Part shown: positions 11,051-25,289 of the stretch, one piece after another
Layout of the letters: the number at the start of each line of letters is the position of its first letter
How positions within the stretch are numbered: the stretch's first letter is position 1
From: Octopus vulgaris
Taxonomy: Eukaryota
Direction: 5' to 3'
Assembly: GCA_951406725.2 (NCBI GenBank)
Contig: OX597830.1
Location: 34,968,001 to 35,032,000 of the forward strand
Length of the DNA: 64,000 bases
Program-made: the position numbers and the translations under genes
Notes under the pieces: model-generated
What the model was told of the DNA's origin: nothing
The model's input: only the letters and a program-made list of their open reading frames with translations
The model's database searches: none

Positions 11051-13429
11051 TGAATGTTGCATGCACGCATGTATGTATGCAGATTCACTTGTATATATAC
11101 GCATATACTTGCATGTATAACACAAATAGTTTGTCTAGGAAGCTATGTATTTAGGTTTTCTGATCAAATATCTTTTTCCTTGATAAATTACTTCTTTGCT
11201 TAATTTTTCCTCGTGATGCTCAGTATTTCATTAAATAACAACATCTAATAAACGAGGGAGAGAACACATCTATTTCTAATTTTTTTATCTAATTATGTCA
11301 ATGAATGTTTCTTCATTTTTTTTTTTTAATATTATCTTTCTACTTTACTATCTTTAACAGTCTCCTTGTTTTCAAAATTTTTACGCTTGCTTATTTTCTC
11401 TTGTTTTGTAGGTTGTTGTTGTTGATGCTGTTGTCGTTACTAGTAGTGGTGGTGTTGGTGGTGGTGGTGGTCGTCGTCGTCGTGGTATTGGCGGAGTGGC
11501 TTAGGGAAAGAATACAGCAAAGCTTCATGGCAGTATCCAATCCATCAAACCAATTAAATTAGAGAACGCTCATTTTCATATAAATATATTCCGCACGTAT
11601 ATAGGCATTTACAATTTCAAGCATACACACTTACTTCCATACCCTAGCTTACAGTAAACATGTGTCATGCGTATATATGTCGGTATTCGTAAATATACAC
11701 ACATATGGGTGTATCTGCATATATAGAAATCTATATATATAAAATATGCGTGTATATCTATGTGTGTGTGAAATAGAAAAATATATTAATGCACACGTGC
11801 ATTATATATATATATATATATATACACGCATACATACATACATTCATACATACATTCATACATACATATATACATACGTACAGTCGTGTGTCTGCGTGCG
11901 TTATACGTAATACACATAGACATTTATATATATATATAAAACTACATGTATACAATTATAGATATATTAGTTCATATATCTATATATATATGTATATAAA
12001 TACATGCATATATATATGTATGTATATATATACATGCATATATACACATATATGCATACATATACATATACGTATACACACACATATATATATACATATC
12101 TATATGCATATATATATATACATATATATATACATATATATGTGTGTAGGTATCTATATATCATTATAGATTAATTTTATATACCTAATAGGTGCAATAC
12201 TAAATAGGCAATTCCGTTATCTTGTTCGTTTCTATTGTGTTACCATAATAGATTCCAATATCTAAACTTCGCTAATATACATAATCCAATTCTTTCAATA
12301 TTATTATCATTACTATTATTATTATTATTATTATTATTATTATCAACATCATCATCATTATCATTATTATTATTATTTATTTATTTATTTCTCGTTTTTT
12401 TTCTCTCTCTACGTTTCCTTTCTACAGTGCTAATATTATTCGACGATGCTACTTTTCTTATAATTTTTTTTTTTTTGGTTTTATATTCATCAATAGATTC
12501 TTCTACTCCTTCGCAATGTTAGCTGAATAATTTTTACTGAATCTAACTGTACTCATCTACATAGCAAGTTAATCGTATTCTACTTTTCAAGCGCTAATAG
12601 TCAGCATAATTACCATATCAAATTCTTCAGTTGACTGCTAACATAATAGGCAAGTTTAATATATAATCTAATCGAAGATTATCCGTGCCATCTAATTAAA
12701 AACGGTTTCCTTAAGCTGTTCGATTTAGTTTTGTTGTTTACTTTATCGTATGTTTATTTTTACTGAGTTTTGTTTGGTTTAATTAATTCCCATTTCTTTT
12801 TTTACTTCTACAAGAATTTCAATGGCGATGGATAAGAAAAAAATGTTGAAGTAATTACTTCAATATTTCAAGCCACATTCTTCATCATTCTTGCTGTTTG
12901 TTAACCAGTTTCGTGTCTATAGTTTCCTTTTCTGTTTTTTGATATATCTTTTTCTCATTGTCTATTTACCGATACTTCTTTTCTTTATCTCTCTCCCTCT
13001 TAGTATGTCTACACACACAAACACACACATGAATATCGTTCACTCTACCGCTCTTAGTTTATCTGTTTAAAACGCATGTTGTACATTTGAAGACTTCTGT
13101 TGACTTGATTTTCATTGGAACTTATTTGCATTTCTGTTCCCGTATTATAAAATATCTTTTTTCTATGTGTTCCATGGATATTTTATTAATGTTTTCTTTT
13201 TAATGAACAACTATTTTAACAGCCTCACTTCATACAAACTTCAGATAAAATATTATGAAAACGTCGCTTTATTCCTTATTATAATATTAAACATACATAA
13301 TAAATAAGCATATACACAAAAATTCACACACACACACGCTCACACATGCACAAACACACACACATATACACTTCTTATGGATCTTTGTCATGAAATACCG
13401 GTCTCTACTATTTCTTTTCAATTTAAATG

Positions 13430-13622
13430 CTTGACCAGCTCGTTTGAGGAGAATGATATAGTTGATACCTTTGACCCATAATACTTGCCTGTTAGTGTTA
13501 TCAACTCTGAGCGGATGAAGGGCAAAGCTGACCTCGGTGGGATTTGAACTTAGAGTACAGAGTCATATGAACGACTACAATACGGTTTCTCCAACGCTCT
13601 AACGATTCTGTCAATCCACTGA
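13430..13622 (-). mobile_element. SINE family C (Nin/Deu-domain type), diverged
   Basis: GGATGAAGGGCAAAGCTGACCTCGGTGGGATTTGAACT...CTAACGATTCTG is the reverse complement of the 17206 family. Confidence 0.7.
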
Positions 13623-14899
13623 CGTTTTGGTTTTTAATAAAACACTTTGCTCAATGTTTATTGCCAAATAGGCTCAGTAGTTGATTGGTACCCGATTTTA
13701 TAGACTTCGAAACAATTAATTATTGATAAGTTCACCTCCTTTCGACTTAAACACAAAAGTTAAGTTCTTAGTCAAATAAATACCCACTGAACTCTTGTTT
13801 TCCATTTTACCAATCTAACGTTCCTGTGCACCAAATATGATTAATCTTTTGTCCGACGGAATTTTTTATAGAGAAATTTAGATCTATTTACACTTTTGAC
13901 GATTCAACAAAGGCGGTAAGATTGGTTTTCGTTGTAGAGTCAGAAGAGCATTGTTACATCCCCTTGCGTTCTGAGTTAAATACTTGCTGCTTTTTCTCTT
14001 CGCTAAGCAGTGAGTCGTGACGGTGAATCTCCTGTTGCTCAACGATGAGAATTCACTTTTTCAGTCAGCTGAATTATTTGCCCTTGACTTAAATTTTACG
14101 TGTCAGAAGATTTCACCGATAATGTTCCTTAACGTAATTGCTAGGTGGAATCAACGTAAGTGAGTGTTTGACAAACTTTACGAATTACATGTACAAGTCA
14201 CCACGTAATTTGTTTTATTCACATGGTATGATCAATTAGTGACCATAGAAAATTATATTTTTCCAAGATGTGACACAATGGTATCAGACGAAAGTCTTTT
14301 TATTGTTGCGAAACGAAATTTTAAAGCATTTCAGCAATACAACACCTGGGGTATCATGGGTACTAATGAGTTAACGTGTTTGCAGACTGGCAGACGTGTT
14401 AGAGTATTGAGCAAATTGTTCGTAGCTTTTCAAGCGGATCTCTTACATTTTCAGTTTAATTAACTCCGCGATCAATTTGTCCTTTCGGTGCTGATACTCG
14501 TGTAAATTTGCACGAAATTATAATACAACTCTCATGCCTTTTACAATAACTTTCCGGAAAGGTTTCGTTATTAATTACGTATAAATTAATATGTTTATGT
14601 TATGTAAGAGTGGTGACAGGATTAAAGAAGTAAATTTCTTAATTAATATAGAAAGAGGTAAGATTCTAACAGTCATAAATGGAGTCTATCGCAGAAAATA
14701 TATAGAACTGTCTTAAAATCCAAGCAACAGAGTATCAGATGGATCATTGTAGAGTCTTAGCTAGGCTTCATCTGTACAGCAACAAGAATCACATCAAATA
14801 AATTAACTAAATGCTCCAACATTGCAAACTCCTATATTGTAAAAGCACTGTTAACACAGTAGAACGTGATATTGATTTTTTAAAACATTTGATATTCTT

Positions 14900-16000
14900 T
14901 ATAGTATATTATATTTGCCTAAAGAAGTACCACGTACCTACAAATCATTAATATTTACTTAACAGCTCCAGAAGTGCGTTTAATATGTAAATTGGTAAAT
15001 CCAATAGCTTAACACGGCTATAAGCGGTGGCTATATAAGCAATGTGTTCGGAAGCAATAGTGTGTCAGATGGGTGCTAATGAAGGGGTAACAACCCCCGG
15101 AATATGCCATATACACTGATTACCCATTTTTGTCTTCGATCTTTATTTACATCTGCCTTCTCGATACATTTTAGCAAAAATTAGTGCTGGCTTATAATTC
15201 TATGAGATATCTGTATAAATAACCGTAACAAAATCAGTTTGGAGCACTAAATCCCTCAAGAATTAATTAGTTATTTTAGCTGTTCCATGCAGTCGTAGAC
15301 ATTAGTCAGACATTAGACATATCAGCAATATGTATATATGTGTAGGCATATGTTATGTGAAAACCTTGAGAGTTTTCCTATTATCCAAAGTAAGTGTTGC
15401 ATGTTGTAATTTCATAACCGTTACATCACATCCATTTCAAATATATTTTTGCAACCAAGGGCAGCAAATTAAAGAATACATACTAAATACTAGAATGTGA
15501 ATCTCATAAACATCGAAGATACAACCCAAAATGTCGCTGGAGTTAGATATCTCGAATACAGAATATATATGTTTGGCAGTTTTACCACTTGCAAGGTGAC
15601 AATGGTTTGTTTTTCTTAAATAAAATAATATGCAGTGCATTGGTGAAAAGCCTCTAATTTTCTGTATACATTTTTCCGTAGAATATGTCTTGATGGTATG
15701 TAAAAACCAGAATTTAATTAGGAGAGAAAATGTACAAACCATTCTGTTGTCGCAGACATTTGCACAGAATATTTCAGTATCAATTTCACAAAATAAATGT
15801 CTATCATTAAATAACAGCAAATGCGAAATTTGTACACTCGGTACATTAGAGCAAGGGAAAATATGAAAATCTTTTCGAAAATTCAATATGTTGTCCCTTA
15901 CTAGTGTGCTTACATAAACTGCATTGATAGAGTTTTATTTCATAATTAGAAATCAACTTCTGAAAGGAAGAATTCAAAATTTTCTAAATGAAATACAAGT
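14900..16000 (+). mobile_element. Probable hAT (SPIN/Charlie, GTF2IRD2-like) transposase relic
   Basis: Degenerate traces in collinear order: DESTDI/QL.IF.R-like near 15280-15350, NGL..LK near 15600, VH*SKGK (VRWLSRGK-like) near 15840. Many stops and frameshifts. Confidence 0.35.
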
Positions 16001-16417
16001 TCACACACGATAATGAGAATTATGAAATCAGAAAAATAATACCTACTTAAATATAAAAACAGATAATCCTATATTAAAAACTAATGCAATTTGACAAAAT
16101 TCATCCGTGTTGAACGTGTATTAGTAATAAAAGTGAAGAGAAATATCTTATAAAATATTAATCTATGCATTCTTATTAAATAGGATGAATGAAATGCCTT
16201 CATCTTTGTATATATATATTTAAAGATTTACATTATAGCTGAAAACCACATCGTTCTCTCCTGGATTTAAATAATTTGGTATTTTCATATTATTCTAAAA
16301 GTGATGAATATTTTGCAGAAAACAAAAGTCTGTCGCGTGTCAATGCCATAAGATACTATAACGGTACTATTTCTGATAATTTACTGTAAATCAGTGTCTT
16401 ATTCCTACAGATAAATC

Positions 16418-16960
16418 TTTATCTTTATTCTAGTCATTGGTCTATAGTCATGGTTGAGATGAACAAATCGTCCAAATTACTTAACTTTTTTTAAAGCCCA
16501 GTACTTATTCTATCGGTCTCTTTTACCGAACCCCTAGGTTACGGGGACGAAAGCAAACCAACACTGATTATCAAGGGCTGGGCAAAGACGCCCACGCATA
16601 CACTGCATGCACACAAACACACTCACACACACTCACACAGACACATGCGTATATATCTATATATATATATATATATATTATATATATCATATATATATAT
16701 ATATACAAAATTGAGATTAATTTGAATTAGGTACTTAAGTCGAAGCACCAAGTCAGTCCGGTATTATCCGCACAGATGTTGCTTATTTTGATCTTATATA
16801 TATATATAAACGACGGGTTTCTTTTAATTTCCGTCTATGAAATGCACTCACAGACCTTTGGTCGGCTCGGCGATATGGAAGAAGTCAATAGCGCAACGTG
16901 CCATGCAGTGGAACTGAACCCACAACCGTGTGATCAAGGAACAAACTTCTCAGCACACAC
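16418..16960 (-). mobile_element. SINE family A, older diverged copy with a nested insertion in its internal microsatellite
   Basis: GTACTTATTCTATCGGTCTCTTTT.CCGAAC...CGACGGGTTTCTT...GCAGTGGAACTGAACCC. Confidence 0.8.
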
Positions 16961-17205
16961 CCACAGAAAATCCGTCAAATATTCCGTTAGGCCGTCAGAT
17001 ATTCTAAAATGCAGCACAGTTAGCTGTTACCTTACTTATGATACACCTAGTATTAAAAAAAGACCTTTAGCTGCTTGCGCGAAATAGAAGGCAAACCTGC
17101 CTGAAACTGCACCATACTATCTTCATAAAAGGAAGGCTATAAAGGACTTGAAATGTATCTCAGAAGCAAAACACACACTACTTTCCACTGGAATGCCTCT
17201 TATCA

Positions 17206-17598
17206 TAAGACGGCGAGCTGGCAGAAGCTTTAGGACACCGGGCGAAATGCTTAGCGGTATTTCGTTTGCCGCTACGTTCTGAGTTTAAATTCCGTCCAGA
17301 TCGACTTTGCTTTTCATCCTTTCGGGGTCGATTAAATAAGTACCAGTTACGCACTGGGGTCGATATAATCGACTTAATCTGTTTGTCCTTGTTTGTCATC
17401 TCTGTGTTTAGCCCCTTGCGGGTAGTAAACAAATATGTATTTCGTCTGTCTTTATGTTCTGAGTTCAAATTCCGCCAAGGTAGGCTTTACCTTTCATCCT
17501 TTCGGGGTCGATAAATTAAGTACCAATTGCGTACTGGAACCGATCTAATTGACTGGCCCCCTCCCAAACAATTTCGGGCCTTGTGCCCAGAGTAGAAA
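17206..17598 (+). mobile_element. SINE family C, dimeric (two Nin/Deu-like domains), with 17-bp target-site duplication
   Basis: GGCGAGCTGGCAGAA head; TTCATCCTTTCGGGGTCGAT.AA.TAAGTACCA occurs twice; TSD TGGAATGCCTCTTATCA (17189-17205) and TGGAATGCCTTTTATCA (17599-17615). Confidence 0.9.
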
Positions 17599-17942
17599 TG
17601 GAATGCCTTTTATCACAGATCTGCTGAAGCAAATCTCACTTGGGACTAAGTAATAATACTGATTAATGTTCCATTGTAGATGTTTTCTTCCAAGTGTTAA
17701 TTTTCAGGATTTTCCCTGTTGGTTTAATGACCTAATTAGATCTACTTTATCCAGCTGATCCGCGATGGAAAACTACTTATTCGATGCCTCATTATATCTA
17801 ATTTACACTGCAATTACCTATAGAATATACCATGATTACGCCAACGGCACTGCCAACACATTTTAGGAAGTGTTGCGAAAAAAATTAAGCGTGAAGGCTA
17901 TTGGATGACTCCCAATGGAGATTTGAAGTTTTGGTTAAGATA

Positions 17943-18078
17943 TAGGCGTCGGCTTGGCTGTGTATTAAGAAGCTTGCTTGCCAACCACACTTTTCGGGGT
18001 TCCCGTCGCACCTTGTGCAAGTATCTTTTACAATAGCGGATTTGCTAGACGGAATCTGAAAGAAGCCTGTCGTGTGAG

Positions 18079-18142
<64 letters not shown>

Positions 18143-18407
18143 TACACACACCCGTAAATATGTATGTATCTATATGTATATGTGTGCATGTCTTTGTGTT
18201 TGTCTTTTACCCCCACCACCGCCATTTGACAACCGGTGTTAGTGTGTTTGCCTTCCCGGAACTTTGCGGTTCAGCAAAATGAACCGATAGAATAAGTAAC
18301 AGGCTTAAGAAATAATGTACAGGGGTCGATTCATTCGACTGAAAATCCAAGGCGGTGCACCAGCATGGCCGCTGCCTGATGACTGAAACAAGTGAAAGAT
18401 AAAAGAT
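17943..18407 (+). mobile_element. SINE family A, diverged
   Basis: TAGGCGTCGGCTTGGCTGTGT...GACGGAATCTGAAAGAAGCC...CAGCATGGCCGC...GAAACAAGTGAAAGAT. Confidence 0.85.
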
Positions 18408-18820
18408 ACCCGTATTTCTTTCTCTTACGTTGAATATTTGGTAGTATTCCTTTGGAGAAGGCTAACAAATTCCATCCTGGTCACACATCTTTGACACTGC
18501 ATGATATCAAATCGACGATAATGATCCACCGATATTGATGAGAGTTAATCGGTGCTTCATTCTAACAAATTCCCTGAAGTCATCTTTGCCTTTCATCGTT
18601 CTTGTCTATTGGAAACAAGAAACCTAACATTTTCATGTCGGAATTAATGTTTATTAACCCGTCGCTAGTTATGAGACTGCTTCGTTTGTTGCCTTTCTTT
18701 GTTGTTAAATTATAGTAACAGTAACTTAAGATTAATCATAATTGCTTTGAACGAACAAACCGATGCAGTACTCGAAAGAAACTTGATGCCTCCATATTTT
18801 CATTTCAACAATTATATTAA

Positions 18821-19017
18821 CTGGAGCATTTTCATGATCGGTTGTCCTACTAGAAATAGTAGCCAAATATATCCCAAATCATGCCCTACCATTTTAAAAA
18901 GGACATAATTTTTTATGTAGTTTTATATAAATAATAGAGTAGGGTCACTACTGGAGTTCATGTCACCAAAGTTCTTTTTAATATGTTTAATTAGGACTCA
19001 CCTGGTTCTAAACAGCA
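18821..19017 (+). mobile_element. Old short retroposon family E
   Basis: CTAGAAATAGTAGCCAAAT...CCCTACCATTTTAAAAA...GACTCACCTGGTTCTAAACAGCAA; the motif recurs at several positions in the window. Confidence 0.55.
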
Positions 19018-22000
19018 ATTAGAATTACAAAGTATTTATAGTAACTAGAACTCATTGACTGATGTTAGGTATTTGAATAGCCACAAGACTATGTTCACGA
19101 TGAGGAGGAAATTGAAGCATATGCTAAAACAGAAAGATTGTGAAAAATGAAGTGAAGCATGACAGACTGGGTTCTTTTGGAGGTGTTTACATTCTTTTTT
19201 AATAGGTTAGTCAAAGAGAGCGGCACCCAACGTCTTTTGTCAGAGTGCGTGAAATTAGCGAGTGGCAGGGATGAATATACCTAGACTAAAACTTTGTAAA
19301 ATGTATTAAGTGCTTATTTGACGTTTTAATTCTACGGTACCTCAGTTGAGATATCTCGAGGAAATGTATTCTTACTTTAAGGTCTTCAGTGACTTGTCAG
19401 GAATATCTATTTATCTCACCAAAATATGATATCAAATTACAATGGCTTTTATAAAATTAGCAGTTCTAATAACATTAAATAAGAGAGACTAAAATTTGAT
19501 TATTTATCGATTATTCTAAATTCAAAACAACATGAGGTTATATACAATTCCAAGTCTAAACTCATGATGTGTTGACAATGTGTGTCCTGTCACTGGCCTT
19601 CATACACAGTGATGGTCAAACAACGAAACAACCAGTCATAGTATACTCACTTGTAAATGTTTACGATACGTATCCTGGTCATAAATACAAATCGCACTAT
19701 GTTAATAATAAGAATTTTATCAGCGTGCCATATCAGTTAATGTGCTGTAAGAGATTTCTACAAGGATAGAGATTTTCAATGTTTAATTAATCTTGTAGTC
19801 AATCGTATCCCCTTCAACACAATTAAGATACTTATACGTTTTTCAAACATAGGACTTTCTAGTTCGAACTTATTGGAGGTTAATATAACACTACGAAATT
19901 TCCACAGAATTAAAAAGGTAGAGAGAGGAATGACGGTACAGAGAAGGGAGAAAAAATATACTGAGGAAGTAAAAAGTAATACGGAAATAAATATTGCAAG
20001 AATATTACCCTAAATACGAGATGCGCTAGCTTGCATTATTCCTTCTTTCTTATGGCGTTGTTACGCTTATAATCACGAATTTAATTAAAATTCTATCCAA
20101 AGCCACTTCAGAAAAATCGTCTAGAATTTCTTCATGGTTTAATGAAATCTTGGAGGAGCAGATCAGCGAGAGAAACTATCACCTTCTCTAAAACTGTAGG
20201 TAAATTAAGTGAATTTAAATGTCTTAAAAGACGACGAAATCTGTGTCATACCCATCGTACACATATATTGACTCTTTCCACAAGTATTTGCATATGAGGC
20301 ACAAATCGAATTTCATTACTCCATCCTGAATCGTTGTACATCTGCTACCTTCATTAGGCTCTCCAAGGTTTTAGCACCATAGACATAACGAAATTAGAGC
20401 AAATGTGATTTACAAGCTTGCAACTCATGCCACTTTACGATGCTTCGATGGAAGGATTAAAAAAGCCGGGTGGGCTGGCAAAGTCGTAAGTGCATCAGAT
20501 GCATTGCCTCGTATTTTGGGTTCAGATACTGCCGAAGTTTACTTTCCCTTTCATCCTTCCAGAATGAAGTAGCAACCTAGTTGCTTAGTTCAGTGACCAA
20601 CATAATGAGCAAGCCAGCGAAGTGCACTGGCTAAAAAGTTGAGGTGGCGGATAAACATTACAGTATTTCTTTGGGCTGCCTCTATTTCCATTTGAAATCA
20701 CAATCCAGTACCTGAGATAATATTACTAAATTTTATTTCAGTAGCTTTATTTAAACTTAATTCTTTGCCAGCATTTTCTGATGGTTCCCTTCTGCCCTTT
20801 TCCCCAAAAGACGAAGAAGCGCAATGAAGGGTTAAGGTTAATTGATTTACAAAACAATGTATTCCATTTGACTACCAACATGGATCTAAGTAAAACTTAA
20901 ATTCGTTGGTATACATAATTTTATCTTTAATGTCATATTTCTTCTGAGAGTATTATCGATGTAAATCAAATGACATAGATTAAAGCGATAGCTAACGTTT
21001 TGCTGCGAACTCATCTTAGAGGATTTGATCATTGGATCATTGGAGGTGTGCAAATTTAACACTATGGCTTTCAACACCGACAATTGCACATCATGTTTAC
21101 GGAAACTAGACACAAAACTACAAGCGCTCTAATTAAAAGGGATTCCGATTGTTCATATCTCCTGCGTTTTCATTAGACCATATAAATTCAGCCTGTTTGC
21201 GAACCAGGTACACCCGAGTGTATAGTTTTCTTTAGCGGCGACTTTAGTCTTTCTAAAGCTACCCTGTTGCATAAACTTTACTTTTACTCAAATCATTTGT
21301 CACAGTTTTTTTAATGTTATTAATTTATTTTACCATTTTCAAAATAGTAATTCCTGATTTACATTTATTTTTCTTCGTTCACAATCGACGTTATATAACA
21401 ACAACACCACCATCGCCACCATACCACCACCACCACCAACAACAGGAGCGATTAACATTTCAATTGAACCGCTTCTCAACTTACACATAGCTATAAGATT
21501 AGAAAGGAAAACAAGAAGCAAAATCAATATAATATAACATATTTAAATAAAGAGTGATGTCTGAAAGGAAAGAGAAAAATACAAACAAGTTAGATAGACA
21601 GAGAATGATATTGCAAAAGGATAAATGAACACTACAGAAATAGAATAGAGAGGTTTGAATATGAAGAAACGAAGCGCAAGAACAGTATCAGCAACAACAA
21701 CGTTAACAACAACAGAAATAAGAAAATGTCAAAGGAGGAGAAGAAGTTAAGTAGAAATATGTTGCAAAATTATTAAAAATCATGTTTTTTTTTCTCTTTC
21801 GTTTTAAATTTTCTTTTCAAAATCAGAACTCAAACCGGAGAAAATTAAACGACATTTTCAAGAAATTTTTGAAAAAAAAAAAAAAGGAACTTATTGAAAT
21901 AAGGAAAAAAAATCTAAAAAGAAAAAAAAAACTATCCAAAGAATAGAATGACAATAAAGTAGTTTTCCCACGTGAACCTACATGAGTAAGAACAACAACA

Positions 22001-22066
22001 ACAAAGAGAAAAACAGTAACAAAAAAAAAATCTTGTTAATAATAATGATAATAATAAAAGTAATAA

Positions 22067-22100
<34 letters not shown>

Positions 22101-22574
22101 GGTGATGATGATGATGATGAAGTGCTTGAAAAATTAAGAATGGAATAGTTATTAAAAAAAACGAATTTCAATAAGACACGGGATGAAGAAATTTTCTTAT
22201 AAAATTGCTCAAAAAAAAAGCTAGTACCAAAATATAAATATATTTAAAGATGAGGATGTTTGCTTGGAAAACTAAATTCTTGGCATTTTATTCTGTGGAT
22301 CTTTTGATTTTAATAGGTAAAATCATTGAAAAGTTTATTGGCTGGAATTCACATTATGAGAAGTCGATGTAAGGTGATTGTTATTTTTTTTATATCTTAG
22401 ATATTTGATATTACTTTTTCTTCCTATGCTGTTCTGTTGTCGAATCTATTATACACACACGCATATACACACTCAAATGTATGTGTTCTGTGTATAGGTC
22501 GGAAGGTAGATGCTGCATCATGTAAAAATATTAATAGCATACTTGAAATAAGAATTTATATTGAAGAAATTATA

Positions 22575-22646
<72 letters not shown>

Positions 22647-22881
22647 GTATGTATGCATGTATATATGTATATTTTATATATATATATATGTATATACAGA
22701 CATGCATATATATATATATGTATATATGTGTATGTGTGTGTTTATGTATATATATATATCTATATATATGTATTATGTATGTATATACGTATATATACTA
22801 TGTATCTAGGTATGCCTACACATGTCTATATATATAATCAGGCGATTGTCAATTAATGTGCCGTATATATGTATGTATATG

Positions 22882-22955
<74 letters not shown>

Positions 22956-24501
22956 CGTATTTATATATATTTGAGTGAGAGTATATATGTGTGTGTGTGG
23001 ATAGTTGTATACTCAAAGTCAGTATCGAATAGCCAGCACAGCACCATCTCTACGTTTGCACACACATACATACGTGTAACTCTCAGAGATTTTACTCGCT
23101 TATGTTTTGCATTTAAAACACGATAGTAGCAATCGAAAGTTTACAATGGCTGGAATCAGATTAACAAAAGAATTCAGATCTAACATATCAACATTGAAGA
23201 AAATGGAATAGAATAAAATAATAGATGGCAATAATAAGGAAGGAAATAGAAGAATTAGGAAAGAACGGTAAAAATATGCGAAGCAACTCTTGGAATCGTT
23301 CATTTGGACAGAAAATTATAGGAAAATAGCCGCCGGAATTTTGATACGTTTAAATAACAAAATGATATTCTTAGTTGTATTGTCGAAAATGAGGAAGAAT
23401 AGGGAAAATCTAAGACAGGATATATACAAGAGAGACAGAGGGAGAGAGCGAGAGAAAGGGAATGATAGTGAGTGAAAGACAGAGGAAGATAAAAAGAGAG
23501 TGGTAGAGAATGATTGAGTTAAGGCAATTATAATAGAATTGAAAATAGATGTACTGATGTACTACTTGGCACAAATTAGGTTTGTAAAAGTATTAGACCA
23601 TTTAATATGAGCATACTCACTCACACTCTCACATATAGAGAAAAAAACACACACACGCACACACATACATACATGCACGCACACCTAGACACACATACAT
23701 ATTCATATATATCTATTCTTTATTCATGTGTGTGTATGTGTGTGTGAGTGTGTGTACACAGATAGTAAATAAAAATAATTTCTACGTATATATTATTTAA
23801 GGTAGTGAAAGTTTCGTTACCCACTTGCGAATAATTTCAGAACGAAACTATATGCAAGCTTCCACACACGCATAGTATCACGTAACATATACATGCACAT
23901 ACACAACACGCGCATACATATTTATACAAAAATGATCTTACACACATACACTATATGTGCGTGTGTATGTATGTATGTATGTGTCTGCGTCAGTTACGTG
24001 TGTGTATGTATAATTCACAATTCACACTGGAAACGACTCAAAAGTGTTTGTATAACGAATTTGATATTAGCAAAGATGAATTATTTAATCGAATCCGTGA
24101 TTTCCGCTAAGTTAAGATTGATGACCAATGCAATAGGATTTAATGACAGTTTTAGAAATCATGGTGTTCAAAGACCTAGTGAAGTAATTAACAGCGTATA
24201 ATGATAATTAACTTTCATTACAGAATGTTATAATACACTGATATAATATCAAAAGTTATCACAGGTAGATTTGAAATTTTACAGTTTCAAGGAATTATTC
24301 TCCAGGTCGGAGATAATGCTGGTTTTGCCAACACTAACAGATGTAATGTAAACGAATCAGAGACATTAACTGATGTCAGTATATATCATAAAGAGGCATA
24401 ACTAAACAACTGATTGTAGTGTTTTTGTCAGACACTATAAAGATCCTGTTATCCATATTCAATTATAACATAAAAACAACAGCAGCAACCACAACAACAG
24501 C

Positions 24502-24545
<44 letters not shown>

Positions 24546-25055
24546 CTTGTTGTCTCTTGGAGCTAACTTGTACAAATACAAAGCAAACGTCAAACACAAA
24601 GTAATAATAATCATAACAATAATAATAATAATAATAATAAATATTAAAGAGGCTAACGGTTAATTGTATGGAGACTTACATTTTTGGCCCGGAGAATGTG
24701 TAAACACGAGCATTCAATTATCTGCAAGAGAAAGATGCGTAGTTAGTTTCAGAGTGATGCACAACTGCGAATACCTCGTCTGCTCTCTATGTTCTCCTCT
24801 GATACAAAAGTGTCCTCATTTTCTGATCCGTGAAATCATAGCTGTTGATGGAGAGGTGACACTATTGATGTCAACCATCAAGACAATTGATGGTTAGCAT
24901 TGATTTCCCTTCTCTCTTCAATTAGCATGGTATGTGTCTTTCTTTCTGTTATTGACATAAGAAAATTAAGTTGATGTTTTACAGCTATTTGAATTGTTCA
25001 GAACTCGGTGAAGATGGATACAATTCCTGAGAGGTGTGCATCTGCTCTCCATCCC

Positions 25056-25289
25056 CACAGGAGAGGGGCTTTCTCCGTCCGGGTTGCGGATCCGTGGAAT
25101 AAGCTGCCGGACGAGATAGTGAAGATGCCGACGACCGCTCGGTTCAAAGTCTTTCATGACCAGAAATGGCGTGAACTCTTTGTATGACCGCCCTCCCTGT
25201 ACATAACTCCCTGTCCCCCTACATGGCCTTGCTTTTGCTTTTTGAGCCAATAAAAAAATAATTGAATTGAAAATTGAATTGAATTGAAA
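25056..25289 (+). mobile_element. CR1 LINE 3' end (ORF2 C-terminus, 3' UTR, (AATTG)n tail)
   Basis: 25056-25187 translates HRRGAFSVRVADPWNKLPDEIVKMPTTARFKVFHDQKWRELFV*, the CR1 C-terminal motif FS.RV...WN.LP..V......FK..LD. It is followed by AATAAA and a pentamer tail. Confidence 0.85.

Noticed and set aside
15630-15680. CIGEKP as a C2H2 zinc-finger linker
   Set aside because: No CxxC...HxxxH spacing on either side; the region fits a hAT relic better.
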